Part shown: piece after piece, positions 10,995 to 21,000 of the stretch | Layout: each line of letters starts with the position of its first letter | Numbering within the stretch: position 1 is the first letter of the stretch | NCBI GenBank assembly: GCA_963733035.1 | Contig: CAVTBU010000005.1 | Coordinates: forward strand, 672,001 to 736,000 | Direction: 5' to 3' | Length of the DNA stretch: 64,000 nt | Source: Pirellulales bacterium | GTDB taxonomy: Bacteria > Planctomycetota > Planctomycetia > Pirellulales > PALSA-1355 | Program-made: the position numbers and the translations under genes | Notes under the pieces: generated by a model | The model's input: the letters and a program-made list of their open reading frames with translations, nothing else | Told to the model about the DNA's origin: nothing | Databases searched by the model: none

Positions 10995-11783
10995 ATGGGA
11001 AACGGCAGCATGGCGGAAAACAAGTCGCAACTTGGAGTCGGATTCGGTAGACGTGTACTTCTGGCCGCGCTGTTACTCTCGGCGGCGTCTGTAATCGTGC
11101 ATGCCGATGAAGCGGAACCACTAAAAGTGTGCCTCGTCTCTGGTTCGCTGGAGTACAACTCGAATGAGTCCCTCGCGGCATTCCAAAAGTATCTTGAATC
11201 CCACTACAACGCCCGTTGTACGAGGGCGTTCATCGAGGACGAAGATGAAACGCGTCTACCGGGGCTCGAAAACCTGGATGATTGCGATGTCATGTTGCTC
11301 TTCACCCGCAGACTGAACCTCTCGGGCGATGACCTCCGGCGGATCAAGCAGTATTGTCAGTCAGGCAAGCCGCTGGTCGGTGTTCGAACCGCCAGTCATG
11401 CCATCCAAACTTGGCTCGACTTGGACCGAGAAGTGCTCGGCGGAAACTACAAAGGACACTATAAGAACGACCTGGCGACCAAAGTTTCGATTGTCGAGTC
11501 GGAAAAGGACAGTCCGGTGCTGGCTGGTGTCAAACCGTTCACTTCGGCGGGTAGCTTGTACAAAAATCAGGGCATTGCGGCCGACTGCAAAGTGCTGATG
11601 ACGGGCACTAGCCCCGAGTCGACCGAGCCGATTACCTGGACGCGAATGCACAACCGCGGCCGGGTGTTCTACACTTCGCTAGGCCACGTGCAAGACTTTC
11701 AGGAAGAGAGCTTCCGCCGTCTGCTGGCCAACGCACTCTTCTGGGCAGCCGGTCGGCAACCGCAAGCGCCGACGAGCCCCTGA
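10995..11783 (+). CDS. ThuA-like (class I glutamine amidotransferase fold) exported protein
   Basis: Signal peptide; LLFTRR, GVRTASHA, GSLYK, EPITWTR, GRVFYTSLGH, RRLLANALFWA. Confidence 0.8.
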   Translation: MGNGSMAENKSQLGVGFGRRVLLAALLLSAASVIVHADEAEPLKVCLVSGSLEYNSNESLAAFQKYLESHYNARCTRAFIEDEDETRLPGLENLDDCDVMLLFTRRLNLSGDDLRRIKQYCQSGKPLVGVRTASHAIQTWLDLDREVLGGNYKGHYKNDLATKVSIVESEKDSPVLAGVKPFTSAGSLYKNQGIAADCKVLMTGTSPESTEPITWTRMHNRGRVFYTSLGHVQDFQEESFRRLLANALFWAAGRQPQAPTSP

Positions 11784-11784
11784 C

Positions 11785-12489
11785 ATGTCGGCCCGCAGGA
11801 AGAATTTGAGGGTGAGTTGGTCTGCCCTCAACCGCTCGATTGTTGCTTGCGAACGCTGCCCGCGATTGCGCGACTATTGCCGGGAGATTGCGACGGAAAA
11901 GCGGGCCGCGTATCGCGATTGGGACTACTGGGGCCGACCGGTTCCAAATTTCGGGGATCCCAAAGCGCGGCTGCTGGTCGTGGGTCTGGCCCCGGCGGCA
12001 CATGGCGCGAATCGAACCGGGCGGATGTTTACCGGCGACCGCAGTGGCGAGTGGCTGTATCGGGCACTTTTCAAAGCCGGATTCGCCAACCAGGCGACGA
12101 GCAAAACTCGCGACGATGGACTGGAACTGTTCGATTGCGCCATCACGGCCGCTATCCACTGCGCGCCGCCATCGAATAAGCCGGCGCGGGAAGAACTCTT
12201 CAACTGCCAGTCATGGTTCGAGCAAACGCTTAGCACTACTCCGGCCGTCGTGTTGCTGGCACTCGGACAGATTGCCTGGAAAACCCTGGTGGACGAGCTG
12301 CGGCGTCGGCAGTGGTACGACGGCCGGGCACCCAAGTTCTCACATGGCGCACGCGTCGAGCTAGCGGGCCATCGCTGGCTTCTGGGTAGCTATCATCCTA
12401 GCCAGCAGAACACGTTCACCGGCGTACTTACCGAGCAGATGTTTGACGGAGTGTTTTCGGCGGCGCGAAAGCTGCTCGAACTTGCCTGA
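11785..12489 (+). CDS. udgB: Uracil-DNA glycosylase family 5 (UdgB)
   Basis: CERCPRL Fe-S cysteines; GLAPAAHGANRTGRMFTGDRSG; CAPP.NKP; YHPSQQNT. Confidence 0.88.
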   Translation: MSARRKNLRVSWSALNRSIVACERCPRLRDYCREIATEKRAAYRDWDYWGRPVPNFGDPKARLLVVGLAPAAHGANRTGRMFTGDRSGEWLYRALFKAGFANQATSKTRDDGLELFDCAITAAIHCAPPSNKPAREELFNCQSWFEQTLSTTPAVVLLALGQIAWKTLVDELRRRQWYDGRAPKFSHGARVELAGHRWLLGSYHPSQQNTFTGVLTEQMFDGVFSAARKLLELA

Positions 12490-12675
12490 ACGCGTGGTGC
12501 CGGCTGCGGGTAGGTTTTCGCGAACACGCCCTGTGGGGAAAAAGTCGGGATCGTCGCTGATCTTGACCGTCGTGGTGGGAATCCGCTATGGTCCCCGCCC
12601 GTCTCTGGGCAATTCACCGTGCGAGACGAACACCTCATCCACCGACTCGTTCGGTCTCTCCACAAGGAACCCGCC

Positions 12676-12939
12676 ATGAAGTGGCTCACCGTTTTATTGG
12701 GCGTTCTCGCCCTGACCAGCGCCAGTGGTTGTTGGCGCCCGTACTATGGCCGCAACTTCGCACAGCCGGCAGTGGCACAACCGACCTATGGGCCGCCCAC
12801 CTACGCGCAGCAGACATACCAACAACCGGTCGTGCAAACACAGCCGGCAGTCGTGGCACAACCGCAAGTCTTCCAGGCGGCGCCGGTAATGCAATGTCCC
12901 CCTTGCCAGCCGAATCCTTGCTGTGTTCCGTGCTATTGA
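12676..12939 (+). CDS. Small Pro/Gln-rich lipoprotein with Cys-rich tail
   Basis: AAGGAA RBS; MKWLTVLLGVLALTSASG-C lipobox; ends CPPCQPNPCCVPCY. Confidence 0.6.
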   Translation: MKWLTVLLGVLALTSASGCWRPYYGRNFAQPAVAQPTYGPPTYAQQTYQQPVVQTQPAVVAQPQVFQAAPVMQCPPCQPNPCCVPCY

Positions 12940-12960
12940 TAGCCCCCTTCGAGGATGCAG

Positions 12961-13215
12961 CTAGCGCGTGAGCAGCGTGTCTTGCTCGTCCGACTGGTTT
13001 TCAAGGGTCTGGCCCGCCTGCTCCAGCGCCTGGCCGACTTTGTTCACCGCTTGCTTGCTCCTGGTTTTCAGGTCGCTGCCGGCTTGCCGCAGTTTTTGCC
13101 GGTCGATCGTGATTCGCACCTGACTGTCGCTGGACTCTACGCTGATTGAACGCGTCAGTACCCACGCTGTCCCGCCCAACACCGCCAACACAAACAACAA
13201 ACGCACGATTCTCAT
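12961..13215 (-). CDS. Small membrane-anchored hypothetical protein
   Basis: GGAGGGG RBS; MRIVRLLFVLAVLGGTAWVL N-terminal TM, then ITIDRQKL and a helical tail. Confidence 0.6.
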   Translation of the reverse strand: MRIVRLLFVLAVLGGTAWVLTRSISVESSDSQVRITIDRQKLRQAGSDLKTRSKQAVNKVGQALEQAGQTLENQSDEQDTLLTR

Positions 13216-13431
13216 CGTCCCCTCCCTGACTGGCTGAAAGGCCACGGCCGTCCCTCTTTCGTCGCCATGGAAATGCTACGCGCGGCAGCCGCCTTGGGGC
13301 AATCGGCGCAGCGTCTGCTTCAAAAGCGGTACCGATTGCGCAAAGCTTGTGGTTCAAAGGCTGCCGGTGATAGAATCTGCGCAGGCGTTGTTAGACAATA
13401 CTTCTGGGTTTGCTATCACGGGACATTCGGC

Positions 13432-14253
13432 ATGCGTGAAGCGCGGCTGGTGATTGTTGGGGTCTGCATTTTCGTCATCGCGCCGTGGGTAACGCTCGTG
13501 GAGGGCGCCGAGCAACCGCCACTCGAGCAGGCGCACGCACACAACGACTACCTGCACCAGCGGCCGTTGCTCGACGCACTGGATCACGGTTTCCGGAGCG
13601 TCGAAGCCGACATCTTTCTGGTCGACGGAAAATTGCTGGTGGGGCACACGCGCCGCGAACTCAAGCCGGACCGCACGCTCGAAAAGCTCTATCTCGACCC
13701 GCTGCACAAGCGCGTAAAAGACCACGGCGGGTCCGTCTACGGCGACGGCAAGCCGTTTCATCTGCTCATCGACCTGAAGACGGCCGGCGAGCCAACCTAC
13801 GCGGCGCTCGATAAAGTGTTAGCCGAATACGCCGACATGTTGTCGGTGGTCGAGGACGGCAAATTCGAGCAGAAGGCGGTCAACGTGTCGATCTCCGGCG
13901 ACCGTCCAATCGCCACGATTTCGTCCGCTCGGGTGCGCTATGCCGGCATCGACGGTCGGCTTGGCGATCTGGACTCGGATTTGCCCGCGCACCTCCTGCC
14001 GCTGATCAGCGACAATTGGAACCTGAATTTTCGCTGGCGGGGCCAGGGGACGTTTCGCGATGAAGAACGGCAAAAGCTGCGCGACATCGTCGAGAAGGCC
14101 CACGATCATGGCAGGCAAATTCGTTTTTGGGCCTCACCCGACACCGTCGCCGCCTGGCGAGAATTGCAGGCCGCGGGCGTCGACATGATCAACACCGACG
14201 ATCTGGCCGGCCTGGAGGCGTTTCTCCGCGGTCAGACGGAAAACAAGAATTAG
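13432..14253 (+). CDS. PI-PLC/glycerophosphodiester phosphodiesterase-like protein (AIM6-like), exported
   Basis: AHAHNDY, SVEADIFL, LVGH, TLEKLYLDPL, LLIDLK, ISGDRP, RFWA.PD, GVDMINTDDL. Confidence 0.8.
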   Translation: MREARLVIVGVCIFVIAPWVTLVEGAEQPPLEQAHAHNDYLHQRPLLDALDHGFRSVEADIFLVDGKLLVGHTRRELKPDRTLEKLYLDPLHKRVKDHGGSVYGDGKPFHLLIDLKTAGEPTYAALDKVLAEYADMLSVVEDGKFEQKAVNVSISGDRPIATISSARVRYAGIDGRLGDLDSDLPAHLLPLISDNWNLNFRWRGQGTFRDEERQKLRDIVEKAHDHGRQIRFWASPDTVAAWRELQAAGVDMINTDDLAGLEAFLRGQTENKN

Positions 14254-14286
14254 TCACAAACCACGCAGTCGCAGGAGCCAAGTGCC

Positions 14287-15177
14287 ATGGTCGATCGACC
14301 GGCCGACGCAAATTCCGGTCCGCTGAAAGATCTCGAACAGTGGGATGACGACCTCCGTCGCCGGTATCCGGAAACAGACAATCCATTGGCGCCAAATTCC
14401 ACGAAGGCCAAAGAGCAGTTTCGCGATTACCGCGCGGAGGCCCGGCCCGAGGTCAAGGAGTTCTACCGCCTCAATCACTTGCACCAGACGGTCGACTTTG
14501 TCCGCGCCAAGCGCGCCGAGTATCTGCCGCTCGACAAGCGCGAGATGGGGCTCTGGGACGGATTGGAGTTTCTCAACACGCTGGTCGACGACAGCGACCC
14601 CGATACCAGTTTGCCGCAGATCGAACACCTGCTGCAAACCGCCGAAGCGATTCGCCGCGACGGCCATCCCCGCTGGTTTATCCTCACGGGCCTGATTCAC
14701 GACTTCGGCAAAGTGCTTTGCCTGTTTGGCGAACCGCAGTGGGCCGTGGTGGGTGATACGTTTCCTGTCGGCTGCGCGTACGCCGACGAAATCGTGTTTA
14801 GCGAGTACCTGGCCGAGAACCCCGACAGCCAGGTGCCCGAGTATCAGACTCCCTGCGGGATCTATGAGGAGGGTTGCGGGCTGGACAACGTGCTCATGTC
14901 GTGGGGGCACGATGAATACATGTACCACGTGGTGAAGGACTACCTGCCGAAGGAAGCCCTGTACATGATTCGGTACCACTCGTTCTACCCGGCGCATCGC
15001 GATGGCGCGTACGCCCAGCTGATGAATGCCGAGGACCGCAAGTACTTCAATGCCGTGAAGGCGTTCAACCCTTACGACCTCTATACCAAGGCCGCCGAAC
15101 GACCCAACGCCGAGAAATTGAGGCCGTACTACGAAGACCTCTGGAGCGAGTACTTCCCGCCAAAGTTGGCGTTTTAG
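14287..15177 (+). CDS. myo-Inositol oxygenase (MIOX) family di-iron enzyme
   Basis: [71 protein letters not shown]. Confidence 0.92.
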   Translation: MVDRPADANSGPLKDLEQWDDDLRRRYPETDNPLAPNSTKAKEQFRDYRAEARPEVKEFYRLNHLHQTVDFVRAKRAEYLPLDKREMGLWDGLEFLNTLVDDSDPDTSLPQIEHLLQTAEAIRRDGHPRWFILTGLIHDFGKVLCLFGEPQWAVVGDTFPVGCAYADEIVFSEYLAENPDSQVPEYQTPCGIYEEGCGLDNVLMSWGHDEYMYHVVKDYLPKEALYMIRYHSFYPAHRDGAYAQLMNAEDRKYFNAVKAFNPYDLYTKAAERPNAEKLRPYYEDLWSEYFPPKLAF

Positions 15178-15276
15178 GATCGAGTGGCAACAACATCGAT
15201 CGGCGGCAGCGAGTCCTCCCGAGGAGCGTCGACGAGCTTGCCGCCGACGCCCTCAGGCTGACTCTACCAGTTGTTT

Positions 15277-16791
15277 TTACCAGCGATACTCGATGCCCGC
15301 CGTGACGCCGTGAGCCCACCAGGTCGTGCTGTACGGCGCGAAGGCCGGGCTAGCCTGGCCGACGAGCGTGCCGCCGTTGATTTGCGTCGGATTGATCGTG
15401 GTATCGATGGCGCTGCCAGAGCGTTGTACGCGGTTGATGTAGAGGAACGTGTAACCGAGCGTTGCGCGGAGATTACACGTGACGTCCCATTTCAAGTTCG
15501 CGTTGGCCTCGGGAACGATGGCAAACACGTTGCGGCTGTATGAGCCGATGTTGGTCGGCTGTGTGAGCAGGCCGCCGGTGTAGTTGGTGGTCGTGCCGCC
15601 GCTGGTAATTGAGTTGGATCCGTTGATGTACATCAGCTGCTGGCAGTTTCCAAAGGCGCTCTTGGCGATCAGTTCGATACCCAGCCGTCCATGCTGCGAT
15701 TGGTACTTTACGCCGATTTCGCCGCCATTGAAGATGTTGCGGGCGCTGAAGATATCCTGGCTGGCGAACGTGGTTTCGGGGATGACGCCAGAGCTGGGAA
15801 TATACGTCGATTGATCGTTGATGGTCACGCTGTCGTCGATTCGCAAGAAGCGGTAGCCCAACAGCATGTCAAGTCGCCGCTGCATCGTGAAGTCGATCCA
15901 GACCAGCTTTCGCAACAGGGCGCCTGCGCTTTGCAAGTTGCTGGTCGTGCGAATGTTGACAAAGCCGTCGAGCGTGCCGACGCCCGTGCCGAGGACGTAA
16001 GGGTTGGGAAAGGCCACGATCGCCGAACTATTCGTGGGCGACGGAAAAATCGGGTTCACGTTGGTGAAGGGCCGGGCGATAATCATCGCGTCCGGATCGC
16101 CTGTGCTGAACATCGACAGCTTGCTGAAAGTCGTACCACCGGGCTGCAGCGTGAAGTAGTGACCTTCGACGCCGAGGAACTCGCCGTCCACCAGCCAGTA
16201 GCCCACCGTGACGCGGCCGCCGTTTCGCTGGTCGCTGTCCACGCGTCCGTTGCCAAACAACACTTCCGTGGTGGCACTGGGGGGCAACACGCCGGCTTGC
16301 GATTGGGGCGTGCCCAGCGGGCTGGTCGTGACCAGCGCCGGTAGCCAGTTGCCTTTCGTCCACATGGAGAGATACTCGACCGTGCCGTAGACGCGGCGGT
16401 GGGCGTGCACCTCGTTCCACATATCGCTGCACCAGAGCGGCGCGCACCAGCGACAGCCGTGATGCAGTCCTGGATCGTAGCCACCGCCATCGATCGCACA
16501 TTGTTCGCAGTCGCAACCGCCCTCGGCCATGCTTTGATCGATTTCGAACGGCTCGATTCCTAGTTCCTCGGGCGGCTGCACGGGGGCCGCGCCGTTGTCG
16601 TCAGGCGAGTCATCGTCGGAAACCCAGGTTCCCGTGACCGAATCCGGGGGCGTCAAGCTGGGCTGCGAAGCGTTCCGTGTGCCGACGCCCGCTTCCGCTC
16701 CAAAGGCAGCCAATGGCGGCTGCCCCCAGCAAATCATGGCGGAGCCAATCAACGTTGCGATGGCAATGGCTAGTCTGGCAACAAATCTCAC
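15277..16791 (-). CDS. BBP7-like (DUF1551) outer-membrane beta-barrel protein
   Basis: Signal peptide, Cys-rich linker, EYLSMWTKG..LPALVTTS, LFG, GGRVTVGYW, IARPF, LGYRF, NIFNGGEIG, GGLLTQPTNIG, C-terminal GIEYRW. Confidence 0.8.
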   Translation of the reverse strand: MRFVARLAIAIATLIGSAMICWGQPPLAAFGAEAGVGTRNASQPSLTPPDSVTGTWVSDDDSPDDNGAAPVQPPEELGIEPFEIDQSMAEGGCDCEQCAIDGGGYDPGLHHGCRWCAPLWCSDMWNEVHAHRRVYGTVEYLSMWTKGNWLPALVTTSPLGTPQSQAGVLPPSATTEVLFGNGRVDSDQRNGGRVTVGYWLVDGEFLGVEGHYFTLQPGGTTFSKLSMFSTGDPDAMIIARPFTNVNPIFPSPTNSSAIVAFPNPYVLGTGVGTLDGFVNIRTTSNLQSAGALLRKLVWIDFTMQRRLDMLLGYRFLRIDDSVTINDQSTYIPSSGVIPETTFASQDIFSARNIFNGGEIGVKYQSQHGRLGIELIAKSAFGNCQQLMYINGSNSITSGGTTTNYTGGLLTQPTNIGSYSRNVFAIVPEANANLKWDVTCNLRATLGYTFLYINRVQRSGSAIDTTINPTQINGGTLVGQASPAFAPYSTTWWAHGVTAGIEYRW

Positions 16792-17129
16792 GGTGGTCCC
16801 CTTTGTCTACACCGATGGTTGCGCACGTCCAAGACGTAGCAGTCCGGCTATATGTATCGATTCGACCGATTGCGCCGATAATTCCAGGCAATTCGGAATA
16901 ATTGTGAACCATGGCGCAGTGCACGCCGGCACCTAATTCGCCACAGACTTCCCATCCTCGGCAGAACCGCGCTTCGTGGTGGTCGTGCGGCAGGAGATTC
17001 GTGAATCTTTAGCCAAACCCGTTTGGAAGGAGCGACGGAGTGCTGTAGATTGGGGGTTCCGGCACACGCAGTGCCAGCATTTTTACGCCTGCAGGCTTGG
17101 CAAGTACCACACAGCAAGGGGAGTCATCC

Positions 17130-17492
17130 GTGGCCAAAGACATCGAAATCGAAGAACCCAAAACGGCGACCACCCTTCCCGAAGGGCACCGCCAGCAGGT
17201 TCAGGTTGACACCAGCAAAGCCCAGTCGGCGTATTCCAATTTTTGCCGCGTCACCGGGACGCCCGAGGAGCTGATCATCGACTTTGGGCTGAACACCCAG
17301 CCCATGGGCGTGCCGACCGAGCCCATCGAGATTAGCGAACGGATCGTGATGAACTACTTCACGGCCAAGCGGATGATGGCCGCGTTGCAGATGTCTCTCC
17401 AGCGCCACGAGGCCGCCTTTGGCGTGCTGGAGACCGACGTCCAAAAGCGGATCATGCCCGGAGCGATGCGCCAGCAGCCGAGTCAAAAGTAG
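17130..17492 (+). CDS. DUF3467 domain protein
   Basis: AYSNFCRVTGTPEELIIDFGLN, RIVMN..TAKR, HE..FG; GTG start after AAGGGGAG. Confidence 0.8.
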   Translation: MAKDIEIEEPKTATTLPEGHRQQVQVDTSKAQSAYSNFCRVTGTPEELIIDFGLNTQPMGVPTEPIEISERIVMNYFTAKRMMAALQMSLQRHEAAFGVLETDVQKRIMPGAMRQQPSQK

Positions 17493-17584
17493 TGGACGCG
17501 AGCCGGTCGTGGGGTCTTGGGGCCGGACGGCCCGCTAGTGCCAGGCCAGCAGGGACGACGAAACCCGTCCCGCGGTGAAACCCG

Positions 17585-17620
17585 ACCAGCCGTCCTTAAA
17601 TGGGCGGCTGGTTTCATTTT
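17585..17620 (+). terminator. Probable intrinsic terminator after DUF3467
   Basis: ACCAGCCGTCC-TTAAAT-GGGCGGCTGGT hairpin followed by TTCATTTT. Confidence 0.5.
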
Positions 17621-18091
17621 GCGCCCATCGCATTTGGGCTGCTTGGATCGCTCGCAATTCGACCAGTCGTCAGGGCCGGTAGAATCGTCAAAAAGAACCT
17701 GAGGGAAATACTTTGCGCTCGTTGCATTGCCCCCTCGCTTTGACTACTGTGAAAGCTCGGGGCGGCGTGGAACAGCTCTTGTCTTGGAACGTGGCAGGCA
17801 ACCCCGCGGCAGGTTCGCTGCCGGCAGTTCGGGAGTGCATGCAATAGATTCGCCGGTCTGTAACGACTCTGTCGTTACGCGGCGCTCCCTTTTGGGTACG
17901 GCAGCATTGTTGAGCACCAGGGCGGCATCGGTCATGCCATATCGTGATCTCTCCTCACACACAGCATGGCCAGGCTGGCACGGCTAGCAGGTTTTCAATA
18001 TCTCGTACGCGGGCCGGCAGTTCGAAGGGCAGCCCGCAAGAGCAACGGACAGAGTTCAGGCACAATTCAGGCACCGGTCAACAGACACACC

Positions 18092-21000
18092 ATGAAAAGC
18101 CATTGGTTTCGCTACTTTCGCTTTGGTCGCCCGCGCCGCAGCATTAGAGTGCGTGGCACCTCCGTCGTGTTCAAGCGGTTTTCCAGCTTCGAAGGACTCG
18201 AACTGCGGGCGATGCTCACCGGCAGCTCGCTGCTGGCCGATAGCGCCCTGGTTGCCGCGCCACTAGCGACTGATCCCTACGAGTCGCCGATCGATCAACT
18301 GAGCCTGGCAAGCATGCTCTCGTCGACACAGGACAATAGCAACGCTCCGGCCGCCACGCCGCTGGCCACCAACGCGACCGACGATACCGGCTCCAATTCG
18401 AACCCGACGGTCGACCCCTTGGTCGATAGCGCTGTTATCGACAGCAGCATCGTGATTGAAGACCTGAATGGAAACGCGATCACCGAGATCAATGCCGGAC
18501 AGGACTTCGTGGTTAAAGTCTACGTGACGGACGCGCGAACTGGCCAAAGCAATCCTGGCGTGTCGGCAGCGTTTGCTGGACTGACGTACAACACGAACCT
18601 GGTCTCTCTAGACAATCCTTCCTCGTTGACTGTTGACTCGGTATTTAGTTTCCTACCAACCAAAGACACCTCGACCGCCGGTAAGATTGTCGCGGGTGGA
18701 GTCTTCATTCCAAGCGGCCCAACCGATCCCAATCTACCTACCGAAGGTGAAACGCAGCTTCTTTGGAGTGTGACGCTGCATGCCGTCACCAGTGGCCAGG
18801 CGACGTTCGGTCTGACTTACGAAAACGCGAATGGCGACGGGTGGTTCGTCTTCGGTGACGACAATTCCATTCCCGACACCAGCGTGACTCTAGGCTCTGC
18901 CTCGCTGGCCATCAACGCCCTGCCGACCGTCTCGATTGGTGACGTCACGCAGGCTGAAGGAAACTCAGGCGATACGAACTTTGTCTTTACCGTTTCACTG
19001 TCGCAGGCCAGCGATCAGGCGATTACCGTGGTCTATAACACGACCGACGGGACGGCAACTAGCACGGGCACTGGGGCGGACTACACGCCGACCAGCGGCA
19101 CGATCAACTTCGAGCCTGGTACCACGACAAAGCTCATCACGGTCGCTGTTATCGGCGACACGACTGTCGAACCGGACGAAACGTTCAACGTTGTCCTCAG
19201 CAATCCGACAAACGCCACGCTGGGGAATGACACCGGGTTGGGCACGATTCTCGACGATGACTCGTTGCCGCAACTGAGCGTTCAAGATGTCTCGCAGCCC
19301 GAAGGGAATACCGTCAACTCGATGGTCTTCACGGTGACGCTCACCAAGGCCGCCACCGGAACCGTCACCGTCGGCTACAGCACGGTCGACGGCACGGCCA
19401 CGATTGCCAACAACGACTACAACGCCAATAGCGGGACGCTGACTTTCGAGGCAGGCACGACCACCCAACTTGTCACTGTGACCATCAACGGTGATACGGT
19501 CAACGAGCCCAACGAAACCTTCCAATTGGTACTCAGCGATCCTTCGGGCGCCAGTTTATTGGATGGAACGGCCACCGGCACGATCCTGAACGATGACGGT
19601 CCTATCCTATCGTTCTCCCCGGCGACGATTTCGCAGGCCGAGGGGAACTCTCAGACGTTCATGATCTTCACCGTGACACTGAACCAATCCAGCGACCAAG
19701 ACGTCACGGTGGCATACAACACGGCCGACGGCACGGCCACAATCGCCAACAACGACTACAACGCCGCCAGCGGCACGCTGACGTTCACGGCCGGCAGTAC
19801 CACTCCGCAACTCATCACCGTGGCCATTAATGGCGATACGAGTGTCGAACCGGACGAAACGTTTTCGGTCGTCCTCAGCTCGCCCGAAAACGCTTCCATT
19901 TCCGTCGACACAGCGGTCGCCACGATTTTGAACGACGACGTGCCGTCCGTTACCCTTGATGGGCCTAGCAGTGTTCTGGAGAGCAGCGGCAGTTACGTGG
20001 TAACCGTTCAGCTCTCCGCGGCAGGTACGCAGGTTGCCAATGTCGCGTGGTCGACGGCGGACGGCACCGCGATCGCCGGTACCGACTATACGGCTGCGTC
20101 GGGTACGCTAACCTTTATCCCCGGTCAGACCACCCAACTGATCACGATCGAACTGCTCAGCGACAGCGTGACGCAGCCGGACAGAACCTTTGCGATTAAT
20201 CTGACGGATCCGACGAATGCCACCATCGCGCAGCCCAGCTTCACGGCCACGATCGCAGACACCCTGCCGACGGTCGGCGTGACCGCGCCCGCGTCGAAAA
20301 ACGAGGGGAACTCGGGACCAACGCAATTTGTTTTCACAGTGAATCTTTCCGGCGAAAGCTCGACGCCGGTGACGGTCGCCTATAACACCAGCGACGGCAT
20401 CGCCACCGCCGGAAGCGACTATAACGCCGCGAGCGGTACGCTGACATTCTCTGCGAACGAAACGAGCAAGACGGTCACTGTCAACGTGATCGGCGATACG
20501 ATCTACGAAGGCGACGAAACGTTCCGGCTTGTGCTGTCGAGCCCCGGCGGCGCCACGTTGGATAGCAATACCAGTTCGGCGACGGCGGTGATTCTAAACG
20601 ACGACGCCGTGCCGACGGTTTCCATTTCAAATCTCTCGCACCTCGAAGGTGATACCGGGTTGACGCCGTTCGTGTTCACGGTCACGCTCTCGAACGCGGC
20701 AAGCCAATCGGTATCGGTGCAATATGCGACGCAGGACGGCACGGCAAAAGCGGCTAGCGACTACAACGCGACCAGCGGCACGCTGACGTTTGCCGCCGGC
20801 GAAACCAGCAAGACCGTTACCGTGCAAGTGATTGGCGATCTGCTGAAGGAAGGCAACGAGACCTTCTCGGTCGTCCTGTCGAATCCATCGATTGTCACGC
20901 TCGGCAACGCCACCGGCGTCGGCACCATTCAGGATGAGTCGTCCGACAGCACCGTCATCCCGGATTCGACGATTATGGGCAAGGTGTTTGTCGACTCGAA

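Noticed and set aside
17060..17075. CGGCACACGCAGTGCC as a sigma-54 promoter for DUF3467
   Set aside because: The -12 element is weak (GTGC rather than TTGC) and it may just be a short palindrome.
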